Part shown: piece after piece, positions 10,562 through 23,439 of the stretch | Numbering within the stretch: the first letter of the stretch is position 1 | Layout: every line of letters begins with the position of its first letter | From: Priapulus caudatus | Taxonomy: Eukaryota | NCBI RefSeq assembly: GCF_000485595.1 | Contig: NW_014577073.1 | Span: 631,420 to 678,469 of the forward strand | Direction of reading: 5' to 3' | Length of the DNA stretch: 47,050 nt | Program-made: the position numbers and the translations under genes | The notes under the pieces: generated by a model | What the model saw: only the letters and a program-made list of their open reading frames with translations | Database searches by the model: none | Told to the model about the DNA's origin: nothing

Positions 10562-13500
10562 CTGCGCGAAGAGATCAGCGATGAGAGAGATCGACAAAAG
10601 CAAGCGAGACGCAGTGAGTGACGAGACTCGATCAAATTCAAGGGTTTTCTACTGGTTGTGTTTTTGCAGCATGGGAGCTACAGCGTACGATTGTAAGAGC
10701 GAGTCTGACGCAGGCGGGCTTGTACACGGACGAATATTCTCGTTAGGGTTAGGGTTAGTGTGAGGATTAGGGGTAGAATTAGGGTTAAGACTATGGTTAT
10801 GGGTATGGTTAATGTTAGGGTTGGGGTAAATGTAAGGGTTTGGGTTAATGTTAAGGTGAGGGTTAGGGTTAATGTTAGGGTTAGGATTAATGTTAGTGTT
10901 ATAGTTGGGGATTATACAGCGTCGACCATAGGATATTCGAATCGTGTCGGGTGTGTCGTTGCTCGTCTCTTGCACGTTGCGACCTGGCTGTGGCCTCTGC
11001 AAATTCTTAACGAGGGAGATGGCAAGATTTCGTGACTCCGACGAGTAATCACGACAAAGGAACGACAACCCTGTCCAACATATGGTATAGCGAGGACTGC
11101 GCAATTAGAATCGCAATTCTTAATCCGTGCTCACTTTTCTAAATCCTAATATTCTCAATGTTTTTGCCAAATTTATCTAGTGTTACTCGACTCGCAGATA
11201 ATGAAGATACACTTTAATTCCGCGTCCCGAAAAATCACCGTCCTCTCGCTCCACGACTCTCACCAGGTACAGCGCGACGAAGAATCCCAGCAGAAAGCCG
11301 GCGGCGACGTCGCCAGGGTAGTTACGATGATCCTGCAGTCTGACGACACCGCACATTAGAGAGAGGCTGAAGAGAGCGAAGACGACGATGGGACGCAGCA
11401 GCCGCACGCCGTGCACCGCCATCACGCTGTGTACGTATATCTGTATACAAAAATTATACGCATACATGTATAATATAGTATATCGCCTACGTACATATTT
11501 ATAAAATATTCGTATATTTTTTTCCTAGGAGCGGCGTTATACATCGTGCAATCATGGCGTATCACCGGCCTATCTCTCTATATACTGAAACACTCAAGAT
11601 AAAACATGTTTGATGTCAGCTCAACCGACAGCTGTACTCCGTCAGGTGGCAGTGCTATATTGTCACTGTATCCGAAAGTTTTCAGATACATATGGTCGAA
11701 GTTTCTCATTTCTATTTAATTGCGTTGTCGTTGAATAGGGCCGTTCTACTGAGCGTAACCGCGCCACTGTGATTGTAATGCTGTCATAGATGAAATGGCG
11801 TAGTAGATCAATAATCAGACGCGGTAGAAGTATGGCGCAGACTAGTATCATACCGATGCAAAGATGGCGCAGTACATGGAAAATGCGGCCCAGAACGACG
11901 GAAATGACATTCTGCAAGCAAGAATAATATTAGCGGGTTATAGTCATTTATAGCGATCCTATCGTCATCGTAACGCCATGTTTAAGATAAGACACGTGTC
12001 TTAATACCATCATAATCACTCATAACAGTAGTTCATGTATTTGAATCAGCGAAACAATGGAGATGACGTTGGTCATATTTATGTGGTCACCCATCATCCA
12101 TTTTCTTCTCTCACCGAGTAGCAAATATAGTCAAGGGCACATAAACCCATAAGGGTTTATGAGCACTTCATACACTACAAATAGTTAGCCAGATAACGAA
12201 AAGTTTTTAATATGTTATATGTATAATAGTAATAAATAATATATATATGATATATATATATAACAATTAACTACTACAGATATCAAAACGATACCAGCGA
12301 ATCTGTACAGGCTTCTGTTATTATTCAGGGATGTTATTTCCTATTTTCATTGTATTTTAGGCAAAATACAAGCTAAAATGGTCGTAGATCTCCCTAATAG
12401 CGTATTCATGTATTTCGTTACTATCATGAGTTCATTGTTATTTATCATTAGTCCCGACTTGACGTGTATATTCTGTCTTACCTTGCCTCCCTCAGCAAAT
12501 CGGCGTCTACGTCATCTTTGCACATCGTGTAATTGCCGCTGCCACTGACGCAGTTTGCTGGTTCGCAAACTGGAAAATAGAATGTGTGACAATCACTCAT
12601 GTCGGCGACGAAATCGATTCACACATCGAATATAAGAACCATTTCCAAGGGTTTCCGGGCGATCGCCCGGTTTTAGTTCATATTATATAAGCTCTTCAGG
12701 TTTGGTCGACTTTTCGCTATAGGCTACTCACTGGTATATGCAGCGGGGACCTTACATACAAAGTGTTCTTCCTTTTTCTTAAGTGAGGTCTACTAATGGA
12801 ATGTTTTCATGTAAATCCCTCCTAGGATAACTCATCTTCATTTGAAATGCATAATCTTTGGAAAATATTTTTCTTCTCGGGAGATATTGCGCATGCGCGA
12901 GCACCGTTTTAGGAGTGCAGTAAAGACTAACGAAAACTCCATAATATAGCTTGCTGAGGGTGAAAAGGGAGGGAGACTGAACAAAGGCGGAAGGAAAGAT
13001 AGCTGGGGGTCAGTAGAAGAAGAAGCAGGCTGAGTGAGGAACAAGGGAGGCAAGGGTTAGGACGGGAGCGGGGTGAATTAAGAGTTTTGCACTCTACAGG
13101 TTAGGGCGCTCTCCTAATTATAAACACAGGTCCACTGATAAGTATTTATTACAGAAATCTATGCTGAGATACCCCTAACCATATTAAATGCATATTCATC
13201 AAAAAATATAACTCCTCTGGTGAGATATTGCGCATGCGCTGATACACTAATGTAGCCAGATTGTGTACTGGCTGGTATATACAGAGGAAAGCTTACATAC
13301 AAGGTCTTCTTCCTATTTCTTAAGTGAGGTCTTCTGATAGAATGTTTTTATGTAAATCTCTTCTAGGATAACTCCTCTTCAATTGAAATGCATAAACTTT
13401 GCAAAATATAATTTTTCTCGGGAGATATTGCGCATGCGCGAGCACCGTTTCAGGCGTGTAGTAAATACTAAAAAAACTGCATAATATAGCTTGCTGAGGA

Positions 13501-16500
13501 AGAGAGTGGTGGGAGACTGAGCAAAGGCGGCAGCGAAGATAGTTGAGGGGGCGGTAGAAGAAGAAGCAGGCTGAGTGATGAACAAGGGAGGCAAGGGGTA
13601 GGACGGGAGCGGGGTGAATTTGGAGTTTTGCACCCAACAGGCTAGGGCGCTCTCCTAATTGTAAATACAGGTCCACTGATAAGAACTAATTACAGAAATC
13701 TATGCTGGGATACCCATAACCATATTAAATGCATATTCATCACAAAATATAACTCCTCTGGTGAGATATTGCGCATGCGCTGACACACTAACGTAGCCAG
13801 ATTATGTGTAGGCTACTGACTGGTATATACAATGGGGACATTGTATGCAATGTCTTCTTCCTATTTCTTAAGTGAGGTCTACTGATGGAATGTCATCATG
13901 TAAATCTATGCTAGAATAACTCCTCTTTATTTGAAATGCATAATGTTTGCAAAATATTCTTTTTCTCGGCAGATATTGCGCATGCGCGAGCACTATTTCA
14001 GGCGTGCAGTAAAGACTAAACAAAACTGCATAATATAGCTTGCTGAGGATGAGAGGAGTGGGAGACTGAGATAAGGCGACAGCAAAGATAGCTGAGGGGG
14101 CGGTAGAAGATGAACCAGGCTGAGTGAGGAACAAGGGAGGCAAGGGGTAGGACGAGAACGGGGTGAATTAGGGGTTTTGCACCCAATAGGCTAGGGCGCT
14201 CTCCTAATTGTAAACACAGGTCCACTGATAAGACCTAATTACAGAAATCTATGCTGGGATACCCCTAACCATATTAAATGCATATTCATCACAAAATCTA
14301 ACTTCTCTGGTGAGATATTGCGCATGCGCTGATACACTAACGTAGCCAGATTGTGTACTGGCTGGTATATACAGAGGAAAGCTTACATACAAGGTCTTCT
14401 TCCTATTTCTTAAGTGAGGCCTTCTGATAGAATGTTTTCATGTAAATCCTTTCTAGGATAACTCCTCTTCATTTGAAATGCATAATCTTTGCAAAATATT
14501 CTTCTTCTCCGGAGATATTGCGCATGCGCGAGCACCGTTTCAGGCGTGTAGTAAAGACTAAAGAAAACTGCATAATATAGCTTGCCGAAAATGAGAGGGG
14601 TGGGAGACTGAGCAAAGGCGGCAGCCAAGATAGTTGAGGGGCGGTAGAAGAAGAAGCAGGCTGAGTGAGGAACAAGGGAGGCAAGGGGTAGGACGGGAGC
14701 GGGGTGAATTCGGAGTTTTGCACCCAACAGGCTAGGGCGCTTTCCTAATTGTAAATACAGGTCTACTGATAAGAACTAATTACAGAAATCTATGCTGGGA
14801 TACCCCTAACCATATTAAATGCATATTCATCAAAAAATATAACTCCTCTGGTGAGATATTGCGCATGCGCTGACGCACTAACGTAGCCAGATTATGTGCT
14901 GACTGATATATGCAGCGGGGATCTTACATGAAAGGTCTTCGTCCTATTTCTTAAGTGAGGTCCACTGATAATAATTTATTACAGAAATCTATGCCGAGAT
15001 ATCCCTTAACCATATTTATCACAAAATATAACTCCTCTGGTGAGATATTGCGCATGCGCTGACACTAACGTAGACAGATTATGTACTGACTGGTATATGC
15101 AGCGGGGACCTTACATGTAAGGTCTTCTTGCTATTTCTTACGTGAGGTCTACTGATGGAATGTTATTATGTAAATCTATGCTAGGATAACTCTTCTTCAT
15201 TTGAAATGCATAATCGTTGCAAAATATTATTATTCTCGGGAGATATTGCTCATGCGCGAGCACCGTTTCAGGAGTGCAACAACGCCTAAAGAAAACTCCA
15301 TAATATAGCTTGATGAGGGTGAAAAGGAAAGGAGACTGAACAAAGGCGGCAACGAAGATAGTTGAGGGGGTGGTAGAAAAAGAAGCAGGCTGAGTGAGAA
15401 ACAAGGGAGGCAAAGGGCAGGACGGGAGCGGGGTGAATAATGAGTTTTGCACCCTACAGGTTAGGGCGGTCTCCAAATTATAAAAACAGGTCCACTGATA
15501 AGTATTTATTACAGAAATCTATGCTGAGATACCCCCTAACCATATTAAATGCATATTCATTCCAAACTACAACTCTTCTGGTGAGATATTTCGTATGCGC
15601 TGACACACTAACGTAGCCTGTTTATGTGCTGACTGGTATATGCAGCGAGGACCTTACATAAAAGGTCATCGTCCTATTTCTTAAGTGAGGTCTATTGATG
15701 GAATGTTATCATGTAAATCTATGCTAGGATAACTCCTCTTCATTTGAAATGCATAATATTTACAAAATATTCTTCTTCTCGAGAGATATTGCGCATGCGC
15801 GACCACCGTTTCAGGCGTGCAGTACAGATGAAAAAACCTGCATATAATATAGCTTGCTGGGGATAAGTGGAGTGGGAGACTGAGCAAAGACGGCAGCGAA
15901 GATAGCTGAGGGGTGGTAGAAGAAGAATCAGACTGAGTGAGGAACAAGGGAGGTAAGGGGTAGGACGGAAGCGGGGCGAATAAAGAGTTTTGCATCCTAC
16001 AGGTTAAGGCGCTCTCCAAATTATAAACACGGATCCACCGATAAGAACGAATTACAGAAATCTATGCTGAGATATCCCTTAACCATATTAAATGCATATT
16101 CATCACAAAATATAACTCCTCTGGTGAGATATCGCGCATGCGCTGACACACTAACGTAACCAGATTATGTAGTGACTGGTATATGCAGCGGGGACCTGAC
16201 ATGCAAGGTCTTCTTTCTATTTCTTTAGTGAGGTCTACTAATGGAATGTTATCATGTAAATCTATGCTAGGATAACTCCGCTTCATTTGAAATGCATAAT
16301 CTTTGTAAAATATTATTTTTCTCGGGAGATATTGCGCATGCGCGAGCACCGTTTCAGGCGTGCAGTAAGGACTAACGAAAACTGCACAATATAGCTTGCT
16401 GAGAATGGGAGGGATGGGAGACTGAGCAAAGGCGGCAGGAAAGATAGCTGCGGGGCGGTAGAAGAAGAAGCAGGCTGAGCGAGGAACAAGGGAGGCAAGG

Positions 16501-18479
16501 GGTAAGACGGGGTTTTACACCCTACAAGTTAGGGCGCTCTCCTAATTATAAACACAGGTGCACTGATAATAATTTATTATAGAAATCTATGTTGAGATAC
16601 CCCCTAACCATATTAAATGCATATTCATCACAAAATATAACTCCTCTGGTGAGATATTGCGCATGTGCTGACACACTAACTTAGCCAGATTGTGTACTGA
16701 CTGGTATATACAGCGGAGACCTTACATAAAATAAAATAAAAGGTCTTCTTCCTATTTCTTACGTGAGGTCTACTGATGGAATTTTATCATGTAAATCTCT
16801 GTTAGGATACCTCCTCTTCATTTGAAATGCATAATCTTTGCAAAATATTCTTCTTCTCAGGAGATATTGCGCATGCGCGAGCACTGTTTCAGGTGTGCAG
16901 TAGGCCTCTGGGTTTCAGGTGTGCAGTATGCAGAAGATTAAAGAAAACTGCATAATATAGCTTGATGACGATGGAAATGACCGCAGTACCAGCGCAAGAG
17001 GCACACAATAACGAGGTTGATCCGCAAGTCACTCCTTATGAAACTAGCTATTACTCTGAGAGTACGAAGCACGAGTGTGTATTACGTACGCAGGGCGGCC
17101 ATGTTGTCTTACCGGAGAGAAAGTATGGGCGCGGACGTACGATAGTCACTTTCAACATGTCTGTCAATATTGCCGTCACTAGCGCTCCGAGCAAGAACAT
17201 GCCTAGCAAATAAAAACGCACGTTAATAGCAATAGAAATCGAATATAATTATGCTGGCTCGATCTCTAAGCAATTATGCGAGCTATTTTTTCCATGTTTT
17301 TCTTATTTTTGCTTTTTTTACAATATATTTTAGTTGTTAAGTGATGTGTGACGTCAGCGGTGCGTCGCTGCACACTCAAGTTTTGGTAAAAAAAAGGTAT
17401 AAAAAATTTCTCACCAACGTTTCTTATAATGCGGCGTACCACTTGCGGCAGATTGCACTCTGGTGAGAACACGTGTATTGTCTTCTGCGGCATCGTGGAA
17501 GCCCACATGATAAACAGCTCTGCTGTGACGATCTGAAAATCAACGCTGCGTGTGACATAAGCATAATAATAATAACTATGATTATTATCATGATAATAGT
17601 GATGGCAATAGTGATGTAAGGCGGTATAGAAGCGGCATCTATCACCGCACACACGAGCACATACCCCCCCCCCCAGACACAAGAGTACGAAGTTGCGCAG
17701 TGACAGACAGACACGTACGTATGCCTATAATTATCTAAAGCCTTTCGATGGCAAATGTATGATGACAATATTTTGAATCCTAACGACAACGATTAAATTA
17801 TATTTTCGCTCGCAGAAACAATATGGCGTTGTGAAGTTAACTATAAAGTGTATCAGTTGCGATAAACACGTACGTATTATACTGAGTACTTACCAAGACG
17901 GGAGGTAGTAAAAAGCCCACCAAATATAAAACTAAGTCAGGTATGTAAATATTAGAGTCATCGGGTATAATATATGGACTCATTAAAGCAGTGTCGAAAC
18001 AGCTGAACGTGGTACTTCTGAGCGTAAATTTGTCTGTGAACCTGAAACAAGACACGATAAAAATGACGTCAGGCAATGCGCGTCGACAGCGGCAGCAACG
18101 CGATTTCGTATTTTCGCATCGTAACTTTTCGTTTCTCATTTTAGATCGCGCAAACGTTTTCCCCGTGCTAGGTCTACGTTCACCTGAGGATGCAGGCGAG
18201 CGCGCAGACTCCACCAAGCAGCAGCAGCTCCACGACAAACACGACGATGACGTAATAGTTCGGCTGCGCGACTTCCGGTTCCTCCACCGGTTCCGGCGCG
18301 TACACATCATTGTCGACTGGCAGACGCAGCGGCGGCGGGGCGGTGTTGCGTTGCTGGGGCGGTGGCGCCTGACCGCGTGGCTGATACTCCTTCATCTGGT
18401 GGCTGGTCCTCGGCGATTCGTCGAGCGCTCTCTCGTTGCTTCGTCCCCCGCGATCATATGCGCGATCGTATGGGTAGGT
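10244..18479 (-). CDS. PLPPR / plasticity-related-gene-like 6-TM PAP2-fold protein, probable pseudophosphatase; join(18184-18479,17894-18041,17415-17532,17113-17202,12482-12569,11854-11911,11264-11440,10244-10561)
   Basis: All eight exons have canonical GT-AG ends and compatible phases (2,0,1,1,2,0,0). This gives 402 aa from ATG 18395; the frame stays open to the acceptor at 18479. Segments match the PLPPR/LPP order: VFVVELLLLGG (TM1), FSCFDTALMSPY, ECNLPQVVRRIIRNVG, TDMLKVTIVRPRPYFLSVCEP (C1), RMSFPSFWAAFSMY (C2), VRLQDHRNYPGDVAAGFLLG (C3). Confidence 0.88.
10742..10910 (+). repeat. Degenerate (TTAGGG)n interstitial telomere-like tract in a PLPPR-like intron
   Basis: gttagggttagggttagtgtgaggattagggg...gttaggggttagg. 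Confidence 0.75.
11264..11440 (-). CDS. PLPPR-like exon: TM5, motif C3, TM6
   Basis: ttgtatacag|IYVHSVMAVHGVRLLRPIVVFALFSLSLMCGVVRLQDHRNYPGDVAAGFLLGFFVALYL|GTGAGA. Confidence 0.92.
11854..11911 (-). CDS. PLPPR-like exon: degenerate motif C2 and TM4
   Basis: tgcttgcag|A, MSFPSFWAAFSMYCAIFAS, then GTATGA. Aligns by eye to LPP RLSFYSGHSSFSMYC. Confidence 0.88.
12482..12569 (-). CDS. PLPPR-like exon: Cys-containing extracellular loop
   Basis: ctattttccag|TT, CEPANCVSGSGNYTMCKDDVDADLLREA, donor AG|GTAAGA. The NYT sequon lies in the loop that is glycosylated in LPPs. Confidence 0.88.
12730..16968. repeat. Intronic tandem array of ~545-bp units (about 7.5-8 copies, one internally deleted)
   Basis: The anchor cttaagtgaggtc or close variants occurs at ~12778, 13319, 13867, 14409, 14950 (short unit), 15137, 15680, 16223 and 16758. 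Each unit has two gagatattgcgcatgcgc motifs. Confidence 0.95.
17113..17202 (-). CDS. PLPPR-like exon: TM3 and motif C1
   Basis: tttatttgctag|GC, MFLLGALVTAILTDMLKVTIVRPRPYFLS, donor G|GTAAGA. Confidence 0.9.
17415..17532 (-). CDS. PLPPR-like exon: end of TM2 and intracellular loop
   Basis: attttcag|IVTAELFIMWASTMPQKTIHVFSPECNLPQVVRRIIRNV, donor G|GTGAGA. Resembles the PLPPR segment CNFNSFLRRAVRFVG. Confidence 0.88.
17894..18041 (-). CDS. PLPPR-like exon: loop and TM2
   Basis: ttgtttcag|G, FTDKFTLRSTTFSCFDTALMSPY...LYLVGFLLPPVL, then GTAAGT. Confidence 0.88.
18184..18479 (-). CDS. PLPPR-like exon: Pro-rich N-terminus and TM1
   Basis: Acceptor ctctactag|ACC, in-frame ATG at 18395, ...IVVFVVELLLLGGVCALACILR, donor AG|GTGAAC. 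Confidence 0.8.
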
Positions 18480-18884
18480 CTAGTAGAGATGTAGAATAGG
18501 ACAATTGAATGAATGCATAAATGCGATCGACCACCGTGTGACGTCACATTCGGCGTAATATGGAGATATAATGCAATATTATGAAGAATATAAAAAAGGA
18601 CATTATCTCAGTCTTAAAAAAGCCTTATAGTGTCTATATGGAAAGTTTAAAATGACATGCAAAGTTGACGTTTGCATTTCAAATCGGTCACTTTATAACT
18701 ATTATATGTTAATAGAAACAGAACAGACGTATAAGATATAATCTGCCTGCATGTCTCGTTCGTAAGTGGCATACTATAGATATATCTATATATATATTCA
18801 ACAGAATTTGCATTCATTGTCCTGGCAACGTGTTAGTATCGCTGAGCGCTGCGGCAGCATACATCATATCACACGTCTACCCCC

Positions 18885-18980
18885 GCACGCACTCACACAA
18901 ACACACATACAGGCGCAACTGCACACAAGCGCGCGCGCGCGCACTCACACGCACACGCACGCACACGCACACACACACAC

Positions 18981-19034
<54 letters not shown>

Positions 19035-19038
19035 CGCA

Positions 19039-19098
<60 letters not shown>
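18885..19098. repeat. (CA)n/(CG)n microsatellite
   Basis: Directly visible. Confidence 0.9.
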
Positions 19099-19100
<2 letters not shown>

Positions 19101-19979
19101 TACGTCAACGTAAATGACGAGTAGGAAATCCATCTATTTTTGTAATGACATGATATTTGAATCTTTGATGAAGACACGTGCGACTATATAACTCCATTCG
19201 AAAATCTTCTCTCGATCTATAAGGTCATGAAATTTGCGCATATATGTGACGTACATACATATTGCATTGTTACGGACGCGTGTGTCATTCTCCTTATCGC
19301 TTTAATTTCGCTCGATTTATTCGAACACGCTCTTGATATGTACACGTGCATATTTGTAGTGACCATCCCAAGTATGACTATGTTCGGTTGTACAGGGTGC
19401 TTGTGTTTACATGTGTTATGTACTCATCGGACTTCACAACAGCCTTTAACCACGAGGACAACTGGCCAATATTTGCACACTAACGACACCCGAACTCCCG
19501 CGAATTATATTGTGTATAAATAGTGGATTTATAGTATTGATACACTACGCTCATGTGGCGTTTACCTGCGTGCATGTGTGAGTGTAAGGGTGCAGGCAAC
19601 TTTTATCTTGTTAGTTTAGTGTCTGCGCGTGTGCGTGCGTGCGTGCGTGCGTGCATGCATGTATGTGTATAGGCGTGAGCACAGCATACCATATATTCGC
19701 ATGCTTTTACGCGTTCGTAATTACATGTTACACATTAAAGTATTCCAATAAAAAAATTAGTATGTTAATGACATGCACCTGAGTATAATCACGGTCGATA
19801 TCAAAAAATTGTATAAGTCTATGAATTCATGTTATCAATGGATTCTTGATAGCATGCATACACCAAATGTCTTTGAGCATTTTGAACGGGATGAATTGTA
19901 CTTATGCCTGGACGTATACATAGATGTAAATAAAAACGGAAATGTCTTCAGTGACGATGGTTACAGGGTCACTGAACTA

Positions 19980-20433
19980 CACGCGCTACCGACTTTACCA
20001 AGATAATGACCTTATGCATAGTGTATTTAAATGTAGTATCAACGTGCCTTTCAACATGTATATCTATTAGAACAGAGACGTTCAGTGCAGTTTTCTCGCC
20101 TATGTGCCGCTGTGATTGCTGTGCGCATGAGTACAACACCATCAGTGTTTTTATCGGATGTTTCTAAAGTAATTTTCAAGCGATAATGAGAATTTCAAAT
20201 TGCTACGAACAATAGACATATCTAATAATCGTGCCTGTTTTGGTACTGCGCGCAGGCGCAATGAACCCACGGTGGGAAATTGCTATAGTATAGAAAGAGA
20301 AACGCAGTATCACGATGTATAACAATACAGTGTCTTTCACGTATGGTACTTATCGTTTAATGGGAACCCTGATGGGGTCATATCTAGAGACAGAAATCGT
20401 GCTCTCCGGAGCAATTAATAGAAATACGGATAG
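19980..20433 (+). repeat. Near-identical duplicate of ~22276-22710 across an N-gap
   Basis: Both blocks run from cgcgctaccga to aatagaaatac and differ by a few substitutions and a ~19-bp indel. Confidence 0.85.
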
Positions 20434-20450
20434 CGCGTGTAGTTCAGTGA

Positions 20451-21197
20451 NNNNNNNNNNNNNNNNNNNNNNNNNNNNNNNNNNNNNNNNNNNNNNNNNN
20501 NNNNNNNNNNNNNNNNNNNNNNNNNNNNNNNNNNNNNNNNNNNNNNNNNNNNNNNNNNNNNNNNNNNNNNNNNNNNNNNNNNNNNNNNNNNNNNNNNNNN
20601 NNNNNNNNNNNNNNNNNNNNNNNNNNNNNNNNNNNNNNNNNNNNNNNNNNNNNNNNNNNNNNNNNNNNNNNNNNNNNNNNNNNNNNNNNNNNNNNNNNNN
20701 NNNNNNNNNNNNNNNNNNNNNNNNNNNNNNNNNNNNNNNNNNNNNNNNNNNNNNNNNNNNNNNNNNNNNNNNNNNNNNNNNNNNNNNNNNNNNNNNNNNN
20801 NNNNNNNNNNNNNNNNNNNNNNNNNNNNNNNNNNNNNNNNNNNNNNNNNNNNNNNNNNNNNNNNNNNNNNNNNNNNNNNNNNNNNNNNNNNNNNNNNNNN
20901 NNNNNNNNNNNNNNNNNNNNNNNNNNNNNNNNNNNNNNNNNNNNNNNNNNNNNNNNNNNNNNNNNNNNNNNNNNNNNNNNNNNNNNNNNNNNNNNNNNNN
21001 NNNNNNNNNNNNNNNNNNNNNNNNNNNNNNNNNNNNNNNNNNNNNNNNNNNNNNNNNNNNNNNNNNNNNNNNNNNNNNNNNNNNNNNNNNNNNNNNNNNN
21101 NNNNNNNNNNNNNNNNNNNNNNNNNNNNNNNNNNNNNNNNNNNNNNNNNNNNNNNNNNNNNNNNNNNNNNNNNNNNNNNNNNNNNNNNNNNNNNNNN
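20451..21197. other. Assembly gap (others at 7983-8228, 25235-25259, 37710-37975, 40874-40883)
   Basis: Runs of N. Confidence 1.
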
Positions 21198-22236
21198 GTG
21201 GTATGTTATATCACTTTACGTGTCCTAACCCTACCTGTAATCTGGGTCCATAGCATATTTTTTATTAATTTCTTATATTGTATTATTTATATTGCAAGTT
21301 ATTATTCACTCCTGATATTATGCTATTTGCGGGGACTCGCTGGTTTTAATTATTGCTAAACAGTTTTGTAAATTGTTGTATATGTACAATTATACATATC
21401 TGCGCGGCACTCCCATGTTGTTGCAGGCCGGGGAGGTGTTTTTTTCTTTTTTTCCCCAAAGCTTTTTTACAAAGCGTTTTACTCCCCTGCGCTGCCATAC
21501 TGCCATGGGCCATCGTTAACCAGTCGCTAATTCAGAGAAAACGACACTGTTCTGTGACTGTCGGTTGGGCGTTCTAATATGTGTCTACAGTCTGTTTACG
21601 CCTAAACTACGATACTATATACCTGTGCTGGTCCATCTTTTGCGTTGTCCCTCGTTGTCGTCTTTTGACGATGTGAACTAATGAGTGTCCACTTGTTAGT
21701 CAGATCACGGTTGACGTACAGAGCGATGGATGGGGGGTACTCCTCTGCGATTAAAGTCCAGAATACTATGACGGCTGATATAACAGTAGATGTACATAGC
21801 AGTAGTACGTCATCGCCGAAAGATAACAATCGGTGCGCCTTGCCGTATTAGTCTACTAATTATATAGTCATTATATATATTTTAGGTATATATATATAAA
21901 TACATAATATTTTATTATTGATATTATTATTATGTATTATTTACTAATTAATTATAATTATTGTAGTAGGCGGTAGATCTTACATTGTCATGGTTCTTAC
22001 GGTGAAATTTAAAAAGGTTTAAAGTGGGTTTAGTTCGACGGTAGCTACTTACACGTTTACATAAAAAGTGGAAGCGTAAATGTTACTACCTGAGCTGTAG
22101 GTTTCGGAATGTGCAGTTCCATTAAACTAAACCAGTATTATGTCTCCGTGTTCGCGAATCCTTATTCACACACGCACCACACACATCTTATACACACCAA
22201 CCTACACACACACAAGACACGCAACACACACACACA

Positions 22237-22267
<31 letters not shown>

Positions 22268-22972
22268 CGCGCGCGCGCGCTACCGAATTTACCAAGATAA
22301 TTACCTTATGCATAGTGTATTAAAATGTATTATCAACGTGCCTTTCACCATGTATATCTATTAGAACAGAGACGTTCAGGGCAGTTTTTTCGCCTATGTG
22401 CCGCTGTGATTGCTGTGCGCATGCGTACAACACCATCAACGTTTTTATCGGATGTTTCTAAAGTAATTTCAAATTGCTACGAACAATAGACATATCTAAT
22501 AATCGTGCCTGTTCTGGTACTGCGCGCAGGCGCAATGAACCCACGGTGGCAAATTGCTATAGTATAGAAAGAGAAACGCAGTATCACGATGTATAACAAT
22601 ACAGTGTCTTTCACGTATGGTACTTATTGTTTAATGGGAACCCTGATGGGGTCATATCTAGAGACAGAAATCGTGCTCTCCGGAGCAATTAATAGAAATA
22701 CTGATAGCTATACCTTGTTTACTTCGGTATAATGTAATTACGGAACACAAAATCTCCCAGTTTACTATTTATACATGCATTCTCGTTAAAGATTGCTTGA
22801 TTTTTGATAGGAATACAGTAAATGGTGTTTCTTTATACTATTACCATTATACATATAACTATTGGCTGTTGACAGAGTAGGTATAACTAAATTATGTCAT
22901 TAGGAAGGGGCGTTGTCTTGAAAGCTCGCTCTATGGAATAAATATGCTACCGTATATCTAAATTTTTACACA

Positions 22973-23004
<32 letters not shown>

Positions 23005-23439
23005 CACGTACACACATACATATATACATGCATTACAATATACATTATACTCACCAGTCTATTCCTGGACGTTCGTGTGTCGTGATCATCACTATGAAGT
23101 ACGTGAATATTATATATACCTTGTTTACGTCGATCCATTGTTCTGCTGTGCTTCCTTCAACGTTAGTGTAACGGAATGTGTGCACGTTGCGTTCTACATG
23201 TGTTTACACCATGCGACAGCGCCGCCGTACGCGTCTGTCTGTATTTACACTCGCTTGTTTGTCGTGCACACTCCCTCAGTGAAATGTGAATAAGGTTACC
23301 TGTGTTGATTAGTTCCTGCGTGCTTTACGATCACCTGTGCACATGTCGGAACTGCGCTACTCATCACTGTGTTCCACGTTTTGCGCGGGTGGTATGTATA
23401 TCACGTACGTGTACTCTACCTACCTTAATCGGGTCCATT

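Noticed and set aside
12838..16498. Series of similar minus-strand ORFs resembling a tandem gene family or repeated exons
   Set aside because: They are translations of the 545-bp repeat; frames and stops are not conserved between units.
12730..16968. CRISPR-like regular recurrence of gagatattgcgcatgcgc
   Set aside because: The intervening sequences are homologous rather than unique spacers, the context is a eukaryotic intron, and there are no cas genes.
17991..18494. 167-aa plus-strand ORF
   Set aside because: It is antisense to PLPPR-like exons and has no recognisable features.
20315..21253. 312-aa ORF (likewise 7939-8439 and 37692-38219)
   Set aside because: Open only because they span N-gaps.
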